Shown here in pieces: positions 28,358 to 36,899 of a DNA stretch of 64,000 nucleotides. A model generated the notes under the pieces. The model was given only the letters and a program-made list of their open reading frames with translations. It had not been told where the DNA came from and did not search any database. Source of the stretch: Candidatus Latescibacterota bacterium (GTDB taxonomy: Bacteria > Latescibacterota > UBA2968 > UBA8231); assembly GCA_964291625.2 (NCBI GenBank), contig OZ220089.1, positions 864,001 through 928,000 on the forward strand, read 5' to 3'. How positions within the stretch are numbered: position 1 is the stretch's first letter; each line of letters starts with the position of its first letter. A program made the translations under genes and the position numbers.

Positions 28358-31300
28358 CCTTGCGGGTCCACCACGTGGACAGGTCCCCGCCTGAGACCGG
28401 CGCCGCACGAGAAAGGCCTCATCAAGCGGCCATCGCTGCGATCAAAGCCATGGCCCCCAATCCACGCTGCGCTCTCCGGGCGTCCTGCCAGGCGGTCGTC
28501 TCGGGGAAGCAAGTACAGGCTCCTCCCGATGCTCCCCGGCCAGTGCGGATCGGCATCGGCCGGAGTGACGCCTGGAATCGAGGGGACGGCCGCCGCGATC
28601 TTCGCACTTGCCTTGGCGGCCGCACCGTGAGCGTGAATGGCATATGGGTCAGCCACCGTGACGTCCACGCCGTAGCCGAGATCGGCCAGAGACTGAACCG
28701 TGATCGCGCTCAATGCGGCTCCGCCCCAAGGCAGCATGAGTTCGCCCCACTCGAACACCTCACCCCGCCAGTGCGCCGGATCGGACAGCGGCACCTTCGC
28801 ACCCGCGTAGTCCCCTCCGCCGGCGTCGTCGAAGGCGGCAATCGCCAGCGGACCACTGAAGTGCTGGTCGCCATTCGGCGGGTTCTGGTAGTAGCTGAAT
28901 GGCCCCCAGACCGTCCCGAACCCCAGAACGTGCCCTACCTCGTGAAGTCCCGTGATCAGCAGATTCGCCCTCTCCAGGTCGAACCCCATGCATCCCACGA
29001 CCGGCAGATGGGTCTCGTCACGCAACAACGTGGGCCCACCCCACCCTACGGCCTGGTCTCCTTTGAAGGTGGTCATATAGATACGCAGGTCGTCTATCCG
29101 CTCCCCGGAGGGGATCGCATAGGAATGATCGCCGCACCGACCCGACCAGCCCTGAGCGAATTCATGGTCCTGCAGATCCTCGGTAATGACCGACATCCAG
29201 CGCCGGGCCACGAGCCGGAGCACATCCTTCTGGTCTTCGGTGAAGGAGTCGAGAAAGACGAGCTCGATGTCGAAGTCGCCCTTGCCCAACGGCGTAAACA
29301 GTACCATGACCCCGCGGCCTTGGAGGGCGGGGATATGGTCGTCGAGGGAGGAGTCGTTCAGGGGATTCCACCGGAGTTCCAGGTTTGCCAGGTTGGTCAA
29401 GCCGAAGAGTGGCGATATGTCCGTGACCTTGTTGAACCAGAGATCCAGCTCCGTCAGGTTGGTCATGCCCGACAGCGCCTTGATGTCCTCGATGCTGTTG
29501 TCAGAGAGATTCAGCCTCTCCAGGTTGGCAAGACCTGACAATGCCGAGACATCCGTAATGTCGTTGCGGTCAAGGTCCAGGGATTCCAGCTTGGTCAGGC
29601 CTGCCAGTGACGACAGATCCGCAATGCTGTTTGCTTCGAGTACCAGCCATCTCAGGTTGGTCAGTCCTGAAAGCGCCGGGATGTCCACAATGTTGTTAGC
29701 CCCAAGAACCAAGTTGGATAGGCTCGTCATGCCCGAAAGGGCCGAGATGTCCGAAATGGGGTTCACTTGAAGAATCAGGTGCCACAGCTTGGTCAAGTCT
29801 GAAAGCGCCGAGATGTCCTCGATGCTGTTGTACTGAAGCTCCAAGGCTGTCAGGTTGGTCAGGCCCGCGAGTGGCGATATATCCCTGATGCCGCTGTTCT
29901 CGGGGGTCGGAGTGAGGCTGTAGTCAAACAGCGTGAGATTGTTGTAGCCGAGCTTCAGGAACCCCAGTTTGGTCAACCCTGACAAGGCTGAGATATCCGA
30001 AATGCTGTTAGACTGAAGGTCCAGCCTCTCCAGGTCGGTTAGACCTGACAAAGCCGAGATGTCAGTGATGTTGTTATCGCCAAGCCACAGTGTTTTCAGA
30101 CTGGTCAAACCTGCCAGAGGCGAGATGTCCGTGATGTTGTTATCCGGAAGGTCATCACTTGGCCAGCTGGAGAGGTTCAGGTAGGACAGGGTGGTGGCAG
30201 ACTCCAGCCCCGTCAGATCGCTGATTCCCGAGTCGTTGGCCTCGAGGCGGGTCAGGCTCCTCAATTCGGCCTTGGTGATCGGCGCGCCGCTGGCCTTGCC
30301 CAGGGCCTCCTCGATCGCCGCTCGCAGGTTGGCATCGGGAATGGTCACGGGTGTAGCATCGGGTTCCTTGACGATCGCGCGTACTCCCGTGGAGCAGTTG
30401 TTGCCGCCCCTCTCGCCTTCCACGCTGACCACACAGGCGCCGTAGTACCAGGTGCCTTCAGCCGATGGGGCCGTGAGGCTGATCGACTCCGCACTCGCGC
30501 CTTCAGCCGCGAGGGCGCCCACGGCGTCCGAGCCTGCTTCCGTATCCCGGGTGGAGATCGTCCGGTTGGACGAGCGGTAGTAGCGCAGGGTCGTGGCGGC
30601 GGCCCCAGCCGTGCCCTGGTTGCGGACCGTGGCGGTCAATGTGAAGGACTGCCCCGGCGTCAGGGTGCTGTCGCTGACCGAGACCGACTCCACCACCAGG
30701 TCGGCCGGGATGCCGGTCACCTCGAAGGTGTAGGTGCGCAGGACCGTGCCGTCCGATCCCCGCCGCAGCTCCACCCTGGCTTGGCCTGAAGAGCAGCCCG
30801 ACAGGTAGAGTGTCTGGCCGTCTTCGCGCGAGACATCGTCTTCGGCTTCGGCCGGGCAGAAGTTGCCGCGGCCGTGGCGGGTGGTGATCTCCAGCAGGCG
30901 GCCTGTCCCCTCGGGGTTGGCCACCACCGACACGGGCTCATCGGCCTGCACGGTGAAACGATGCCACCCCCCGTCGTCGGCAAACGTCACCGTCGACGGG
31001 TCCGGCGACAGCGAAGGGAGGGCCGGCCCCACCGGCTCGCCGATGCCGGCCGGCATGGCCGGGTCGGCTGGATCGTTGAGCCAGGCGGCGATGACCCAGG
31101 CGTCGGACAGATCGACCTGCCCGTCGGCGTTGACGTCCCCCAGGGAGATGTCGCCGTCGTTGGGCATGACGATGCTGGAGTCCAGGCTGAACAGCGCCAC
31201 CAGCAGGGCGTCGAAGAAATCGACGGCGCCGGTGTTGTCGACGTCGCCCAGGATCCCGCCGGAGGAGGCCGCCTTCCCACGAGGGGCAACGCCCGGAGCT

Positions 31301-31986
31301 TCGACCACCAGGTCCAGCGGCGCCAGGCCCTGATCGACCCGGAAGGCCGGGTTGACATAGGGGACCAGCCCCGGGCCCGAGACCGTCAACCCGTAGACCG
31401 GTCTTGTCTCCCCCTCCGCCGGGGCGGCGCTCTTCCCCAGGCTGGTCGACCCGCCTCGACTCGAGGCAATCCCCGCCTGTCCGTCGATCAGCAGCATCGA
31501 CCGGGTGGCCTGAACCCCGTCCCCGCTCAAGCGGTACAGATAGACCCCGGCCCCCACCGCCGACCCCGCGGCATCGGTGGCGTCCCAACTCGTGGTGTGA
31601 AAGCCGGCTGGCCGTTCTTCGTCGACCAGGGTCGCCACCTGCTGGCCGAGCATGTTGAACACTTCCAGCCGCACGTGCATCGAAGCCGGCAGCTGGTAGG
31701 GGATCACCGTGGACGGGTTGAACGGGTTGGGGTAGTTCGCCCCCAACTCGAAGCGCTCCGGCAGGGCTCCTGCCAGGGCGGCCAGAGGCAGGGTGAAATG
31801 CCCGGACCGGTCCGTGGTGGTGGTGAGTGGGGCGGCGCGCAGATCGGCCTGATCGAACAGCCGCACCTGGGCCCCGGCCGCGGGGGCCCCCGAGGGCAGC
31901 CGCACCCGGCCCTCGATCAGGGGCTCGGCTCCTGCATGGACCGCTGCTCCCAGCGATCCGATGATGCAGATGCTGGCTCCTCTCAT
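28330..31986 (-). CDS. secreted multidomain protein C: signal peptide, FlgD-Ig, dockerin, CARDB, internalin-type LRR, leishmanolysin (M8)-like metallopeptidase
   Basis: NYPNPFNPST, GDVDNTG/GDVNADG, DLVV...TVRNQG, IPDANLRAAI cap, about 13 22-aa LRRs, HEVGHVLGFG...AHW...ELM. Confidence 0.88.
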   Translation of the reverse strand: MRGASICIIGSLGAAVHAGAEPLIEGRVRLPSGAPAAGAQVRLFDQADLRAAPLTTTTDRSGHFTLPLAALAGALPERFELGANYPNPFNPSTVIPYQLPASMHVRLEVFNMLGQQVATLVDEERPAGFHTTSWDATDAAGSAVGAGVYLYRLSGDGVQATRSMLLIDGQAGIASSRGGSTSLGKSAAPAEGETRPVYGLTVSGPGLVPYVNPAFRVDQGLAPLDLVVEAPGVAPRGKAASSGGILGDVDNTGAVDFFDALLVALFSLDSSIVMPNDGDISLGDVNADGQVDLSDAWVIAAWLNDPADPAMPAGIGEPVGPALPSLSPDPSTVTFADDGGWHRFTVQADEPVSVVANPEGTGRLLEITTRHGRGNFCPAEAEDDVSREDGQTLYLSGCSSGQARVELRRGSDGTVLRTYTFEVTGIPADLVVESVSVSDSTLTPGQSFTLTATVRNQGTAGAAATTLRYYRSSNRTISTRDTEAGSDAVGALAAEGASAESISLTAPSAEGTWYYGACVVSVEGERGGNNCSTGVRAIVKEPDATPVTIPDANLRAAIEEALGKASGAPITKAELRSLTRLEANDSGISDLTGLESATTLSYLNLSSWPSDDLPDNNITDISPLAGLTSLKTLWLGDNNITDISALSGLTDLERLDLQSNSISDISALSGLTKLGFLKLGYNNLTLFDYSLTPTPENSGIRDISPLAGLTNLTALELQYNSIEDISALSDLTKLWHLILQVNPISDISALSGMTSLSNLVLGANNIVDIPALSGLTNLRWLVLEANSIADLSSLAGLTKLESLDLDRNDITDVSALSGLANLERLNLSDNSIEDIKALSGMTNLTELDLWFNKVTDISPLFGLTNLANLELRWNPLNDSSLDDHIPALQGRGVMVLFTPLGKGDFDIELVFLDSFTEDQKDVLRLVARRWMSVITEDLQDHEFAQGWSGRCGDHSYAIPSGERIDDLRIYMTTFKGDQAVGWGGPTLLRDETHLPVVGCMGFDLERANLLITGLHEVGHVLGFGTVWGPFSYYQNPPNGDQHFSGPLAIAAFDDAGGGDYAGAKVPLSDPAHWRGEVFEWGELMLPWGGAALSAITVQSLADLGYGVDVTVADPYAIHAHGAAAKASAKIAAAVPSIPGVTPADADPHWPGSIGRSLYLLPRDDRLAGRPESAAWIGGHGFDRSDGRLMRPFSCGAGLRRGPVHVVDPQGRIVSTLGD

Positions 31987-32105
31987 TCCCTCAACTCCTT
32001 CGGGTCCGCGACCGCTTCGACTACTCCGACACCCGGCCTCCCCCATGGAATCCCCACCGACACGAATGGCCCCAGAGGCCGATGAGAAAGAGGCGGCGAT
32101 CCATC

Positions 32106-32144
32106 AAGGTAACCGCCATGAGGACAACCTCTGTCCGTTTGTCC
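32106..32144 (-). promoter_or_regulatory. shared promoter element, copy 2
   Basis: On +: AAGGTA-N10-GGACA-acctc-TGTCC-gtt-TGTCC, upstream of gene C. Confidence 0.7.
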
Positions 32145-32277
32145 AGGTCTCTTTCTCTTCTTCATTCAGGTCGCTCACGCCCCCCGGATGTCCATGTGCC
32201 CTAGTGGATCATCGGGCGGCTGACATAGCCGCGGCTTCCGGCGGCACCAGACGGAGCCGGCTATATTGCCGGCCGCC

Positions 32278-34983
32278 GTGACTCCCGCCCGCGATCCCTT
32301 CGAACTCGTCCTGACCCCCGCCGGCCGCCTCCTCGTGCGCGAGGCGGACGCCGCCGCCGGGGCCGACCCGTGGACGGCGCGCGTGGCCAAGGCCTTCCGC
32401 GCCGACCCGTCCGCCGGGCTCCTGGCCCTGGCCGCCAGCCGGCCGGAGGGCCCCCTGCCCCCGCCCTTCGCCTTCTGGCGCGATTTCGCCGCCCTCTACC
32501 TCGCCCGGCTGTGCCGCACCCCGGAGGGCGAAGCCGCGGCGGCGGCGCTCGAACCGCCAGCGGCCCGGGAGCTGACCTCCCTGGCCGCCGGGGCCCCCCC
32601 GATGCCGGGAGCGGAATACCTCGACGCCGGCGTCCTCACGGCGCTGTGGCGCGATCTCGACGCCTGGGTGCGCGGCCAGTTGGCGGGCCAGAGTCTCGGG
32701 GCCTGGTTGCGCAGACACGCCCCCGGCTGGCACCAGGTCGGGCGGGTCTGCTTCCACCTGGCCGAGAACAAGCGCGACGAGGACTACCCCTTCGCCTTCC
32801 TGGCGACCTACGCGCCGCGGCTGTCGAAGGCCGGCCGCGTTCAGTACCAACCGCTCAGCCGCGCGCTGCAGGAGTATGCCGGCGCCCGCGACAAGCCGGC
32901 CCTGGTGCGGCTGCTGTCGCCGGTGCACACCGCTTCCGAGCGCCTCGAATGGGTCCGCCGCCTGGTCGATTCCGCGGAGCTCTTCCAACCCCTCGCCTGG
33001 ACCCCGTCCGAGGCCCACCAACTGCTGCGGGACGTGCCGGTCCTCGAGGCGGCGGGCCTGGTCGTGCGCCTGCCCGACTGGTGGCACGCGCGGTCCCGGC
33101 CGCGGGTCACCGTGTCGGTGGGCGACAAGCGCCCCGGCGCCTTCGGCGCCGAGGCCATGCTCGACTTCGACGTGAGCCTGGCCCTGGGCGGCGAGCGGCT
33201 GACGAAGGCCGAGTGGCGGCGGCTGGCGGCGGCCGGCGACGGCCTGGTGAGGCTCAAGGGCCGGTGGGTGGAGGTCGACGGCGAGCGGCTGTCCGAGGCC
33301 CTGGCACAGTGGGAACGGGTCAAGGCGTCGGCCTCCCGCGGCGGCCTGAGCTTCACCGAGGGCATGCGCCTGCTGGCGGGGGCCCCGCGGGACCTCGACC
33401 CGGAGCAGACCGGGGACTCCGATCCCGAGCGCCAGTGGTCGGAGGTCGTGGCCGGCCGCTGGCTCTCCGGCGTCCTGGCCGACCTGCGCGAGCCCTCCCG
33501 CCAGGCCGCCGGCCGGCGCGCCCGCGGTCTGCGCGGCGTCCTGCGCCCCTACCAGGAGACGGGCCACGACTGGCTGCGCCTGGTGACCGGCCTCGGACTG
33601 GGGGCCTGCCTCGCCGACGACATGGGACTGGGCAAGACGATCCAGGTGCTGGCCCTGCTGCTCACCCTGCGGGCCGAGGGCCGCGGCGACCGGCCGGCGA
33701 TCCTGGTGCTGCCCGCCTCGCTGCTGGGCAACTGGAAGGCGGAGCTGGCGCGCTTCGCGCCGACCCTGAGAGCGCTCGCCGTGCACCCCTCGGAGCAGTC
33801 CCGCCAGGAACTGGCCGCCCTCGGCCGGGCCCCGCGCAAGGCCCTGAAGGGCGTCCACGTGGTGCTCACCACCTACGGCATGCTCGCGCGCCAGAAGTGG
33901 CTGGTCGAGACCGACTGGGGCCTGGTCGTCATCGACGAGGCCCAGGCGATCAAGAACCCCCGGGCCCGGCAGACGCGGGCCGTCAAGCAGCTGCGCGGCC
34001 GGGCGCGCATCGCCCTCACCGGCACCCCCGTGGAGAACCGCCTCCTCGACCTGTGGTCGATCTTCGACTTCCTGTGCCCGGGGCTGCTCGGCTCCCAGGC
34101 CCGCTTCCGGGGCTTCGTCAAGGCCCTGGAGGCCCGCGAGCAGGAGCGCTGGGCGCCCCTGCGCAACCTCGTGGGCCCTTACATCCTGCGCCGCCTCAAG
34201 ACCGACCGGTCGATCATCGCCGACCTGCCCGAGAAGACGGAGATGAAGAGCTTCTGCGGCCTGGCCAAACCGCAGGCCGTCCTCTACGCCCGCGCCGTGG
34301 CCGAGTTGAAGGAGGCCCTCGACGGCGGACTGGGGGGCATCGAGCGGCGCGGACTCGTCCTCTCCTTCCTCATGCGCTTCAAGCAGATCTGCAACCACCC
34401 CAGCCATTGGCTCGGCGACAACGCCTTCGACCCGGGCCACAGCGGCAAGTTCGAGCGCCTCCGCGAGCTGGCCGAGGAGATCGCCGCGCGCCAGGAGAAG
34501 GTCCTGGTCTTCACCCAGTTCCGGGAGATGACGGAGCCCCTCTCCGCCTTCCTCGGCGAGATCTTCGGCGCCGGGGGCCTCGTGCTCCACGGCGGCACCA
34601 CGGTCAGGCGCCGCCGGTCCCTCATCGAGTCCTTCCAGCGCGACGACGGGCCGCCGTTCTTCGTGCTCTCCCTGAAGGCCGGGGGCGTCGGCCTCAACCT
34701 GACGGCGGCCTCCCACGTGGTCCACTTCGACCGCTGGTGGAACCCCGCCGTGGAGGACCAGGCCACCGACCGCGCCTTCCGCATCGGCCAGCAGCGCAAC
34801 GTGCTGGTGCACAAGTTCGTCTGCCGGGGCACCGTGGAGGAGCGGATCGACGCCCTCGTGGACGACAAGCGCGCCCTCGCCGGGGACCTGCTGGAGAGCG
34901 GCGGCGAGGCCGCCCTCACCGAGATGGGGGACGAGGAGCTGCTGGCCACGGTGGCGCTGGACATCGACAGGGCGGGCGCCTGA
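32278..34983 (+). CDS. SWI2/SNF2-family helicase
   Basis: LRPYQ, LADDMGLGKT, DEAQAIKN, ALTGTPVEN, LSLKAGGVGLNL, DRWWNPAVEDQATDRAFRIGQ. Confidence 0.95.
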   Translation: MTPARDPFELVLTPAGRLLVREADAAAGADPWTARVAKAFRADPSAGLLALAASRPEGPLPPPFAFWRDFAALYLARLCRTPEGEAAAAALEPPAARELTSLAAGAPPMPGAEYLDAGVLTALWRDLDAWVRGQLAGQSLGAWLRRHAPGWHQVGRVCFHLAENKRDEDYPFAFLATYAPRLSKAGRVQYQPLSRALQEYAGARDKPALVRLLSPVHTASERLEWVRRLVDSAELFQPLAWTPSEAHQLLRDVPVLEAAGLVVRLPDWWHARSRPRVTVSVGDKRPGAFGAEAMLDFDVSLALGGERLTKAEWRRLAAAGDGLVRLKGRWVEVDGERLSEALAQWERVKASASRGGLSFTEGMRLLAGAPRDLDPEQTGDSDPERQWSEVVAGRWLSGVLADLREPSRQAAGRRARGLRGVLRPYQETGHDWLRLVTGLGLGACLADDMGLGKTIQVLALLLTLRAEGRGDRPAILVLPASLLGNWKAELARFAPTLRALAVHPSEQSRQELAALGRAPRKALKGVHVVLTTYGMLARQKWLVETDWGLVVIDEAQAIKNPRARQTRAVKQLRGRARIALTGTPVENRLLDLWSIFDFLCPGLLGSQARFRGFVKALEAREQERWAPLRNLVGPYILRRLKTDRSIIADLPEKTEMKSFCGLAKPQAVLYARAVAELKEALDGGLGGIERRGLVLSFLMRFKQICNHPSHWLGDNAFDPGHSGKFERLRELAEEIAARQEKVLVFTQFREMTEPLSAFLGEIFGAGGLVLHGGTTVRRRRSLIESFQRDDGPPFFVLSLKAGGVGLNLTAASHVVHFDRWWNPAVEDQATDRAFRIGQQRNVLVHKFVCRGTVEERIDALVDDKRALAGDLLESGGEAALTEMGDEELLATVALDIDRAGA

Positions 34984-35002
34984 GGCCCGCGGGAGCGGCG
35001 GA

Positions 35003-36049
35003 ATGGCCAGGTACAAGAGGGGACGGGGCCGCTGGGCCGCCTACGTGTCCGTGGCGGCGCGGCAGGCCGCGGCCTCGCGGTTCCTGAAGGCCCTGACGGG
35101 GGAGGGAATCCAGGCGCAGCCCGTGGTCGTCGAGGGCCGGGAGATGGCCCAGACCTTCTGGGGCCGGGCCTGGTGCGACCACCTGGAGGGCTTCAGCGAC
35201 TTCGAGAACCGCCTCCCCCGGGGGCGCACCTACGTACGCAACGGGGCCGTGTGCCACCTGGAGATCGCCGAGGCCGAGGTCCGGGCCTTCGTCATGGGCC
35301 GCGCGCTCTACGAGGTGGACATCGAGATCGACCCGCTGCGCACCTCCCTGTGGCGCGCCCTGAAGCGCCGCTGCGCGGGGCGGATCGGGTCCCTCCTCGA
35401 GCTGCTCCAGGGCCGCCTGTCCGACCGCGTCATGGCCGAGGTCAGCGACCCGGAGCGCGGTCTCTTCCCCCGGCCGAAGCAGATCCGCCTGTCCTGCACC
35501 TGCCCCGACTGGGCGGTCATGTGCAAGCACGTGGCCGCCGTCCTCTACGGGGTCGGGGCGCGGCTCGACGAGCAGCCGGAGCTGCTCTTCGTGCTGCGCG
35601 GCGTCGACCACCAGGAGCTGATCGACGTCGACGCCGGCATGGCCGTCCCCGAGGCGGCGCCGCCGGAGGGCGGACGGCGCCTCGCGGAGGAGGAGCTGGG
35701 CGACATCTTCGGCATCGAGCTGAGCCCGGCACCGGTCGGGCCCGACCCGGCCTCCGACACGACTCGCGGATCCCCGGCCGGACCGCTCTCCGGGCGCGAC
35801 GTCGCGGACCTGCGCCGGCGCTTCGGCATGACCCAGGCTCAGCTCGCCCTGCTACTCGATGTCACCGGCGCCACCATCTCGAACTGGGAGCGGAGGGCGG
35901 GGCCCCTGCGGGTGCTGGCGCGGGTGCGGGCGGTCTGGGCCGACCTGGCGGCGCTGAGCCCGGATGAGGCGCGGCTCTGTCTCGATGTGCTCGCCGCCTC
36001 CCCCGGCGGCGGCCGGTCCCGGAAGGGGGCTCGCCGCCGGCATGGATGA
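35003..36049 (+). CDS. SWIM zinc-finger protein with C-terminal XRE-type HTH
   Basis: NRLPRGRTYVRNG, CTCPDWAVMCKH; C-terminal LRRRFGMTQAQLALLLDVTGATISNWE. Confidence 0.9.
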   Translation: MARYKRGRGRWAAYVSVAARQAAASRFLKALTGEGIQAQPVVVEGREMAQTFWGRAWCDHLEGFSDFENRLPRGRTYVRNGAVCHLEIAEAEVRAFVMGRALYEVDIEIDPLRTSLWRALKRRCAGRIGSLLELLQGRLSDRVMAEVSDPERGLFPRPKQIRLSCTCPDWAVMCKHVAAVLYGVGARLDEQPELLFVLRGVDHQELIDVDAGMAVPEAAPPEGGRRLAEEELGDIFGIELSPAPVGPDPASDTTRGSPAGPLSGRDVADLRRRFGMTQAQLALLLDVTGATISNWERRAGPLRVLARVRAVWADLAALSPDEARLCLDVLAASPGGGRSRKGARRRHG

Positions 36050-36097
36050 CACCGATCGGACGGAGAGGGCGGCCCCTGTGGGGGCAGATTGATTACT

Positions 36098-36649
36098 TCA
36101 GAAACGCATCCGGACAGTGGTGAACCACTGTCCATGGGCATTGGGTCTCATATCGACGGAGAGGTTGCTGTCCCGCAGCAACAGACGAGACATCTCGGAT
36201 GCGATGGTTGCCGCCAAGGCTGGTAGTCCCACCCAGAACAGGGTAGCGCTCTCCGTGCCCGCTATTACTGCAAGTCCAACGACAGAGCCTGCTACGCCGC
36301 CTGCAAGTGAAAGCGGGAAATTCGTGTCACGATCATATATGCTCACGCCCAAAGACGTTCCTGCCACATAGCCTGCAAGAAACCCCCTCGCAGTATTCGC
36401 GCCAATGAAGTTTGTGTTACCTTCCCTTTCATCCTGCTCAGCACCGACGAGGAGTCCGAATACGCCCAATGCTCCACCCAGGGCGTATCCTGTAGCATAT
36501 TTCTTGACTATCCTGAAAGAAGCCCCCTTTGCTCTATCGTCTACCTCGGGATTGGTGCCCCCTTGGTTGAGATGGCCCCCTGGAAGAGGGTTGGCCGTGG
36601 CAGGCAAGGCCAGGGCCGCGATGGTAGCAGCTGCGATGATCTGTTGCAT
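36098..36649 (-). CDS. exported membrane protein with C-terminal aromatic beta-signal-like end, lower GC
   Basis: Signal peptide MQQIIAAATIAALALPATA, Gly-rich hydrophobic helices, ends FTTVRMRF; AGGAAG RBS. Confidence 0.75.
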   Translation of the reverse strand: MQQIIAAATIAALALPATANPLPGGHLNQGGTNPEVDDRAKGASFRIVKKYATGYALGGALGVFGLLVGAEQDEREGNTNFIGANTARGFLAGYVAGTSLGVSIYDRDTNFPLSLAGGVAGSVVGLAVIAGTESATLFWVGLPALAATIASEMSRLLLRDSNLSVDMRPNAHGQWFTTVRMRF

Positions 36650-36721
36650 CTCACTTCCTTTCTGACTGTCCGCGAGGCCAGGGTAACTCCATGGCTCCGA
36701 ACTGGCAGGGAGCCATCGTCA

Positions 36722-36760
36722 AAGTTACCCGCCAGGAGGACAGTTCATGTCTCTTTGTCC
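36722..36760 (-). promoter_or_regulatory. shared promoter element, copy 3
   Basis: On +: AAGTTA-N10-GGACA-gttca-TGTCT-ctt-TGTCC. Confidence 0.7.
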
Positions 36761-36899
36761 CGGCGGCTCCTTTTTCTGAGGGGCATCTGCAGACCGATAC
36801 AGCCGCCGCACCTCGCGCATGACCCCGATGGGCAAGCGCCGCATTCGAGCTGCCGAACGCCTCCCTGCCCGGCGACGGAAGCGCTCCCGGACCCCTGCC

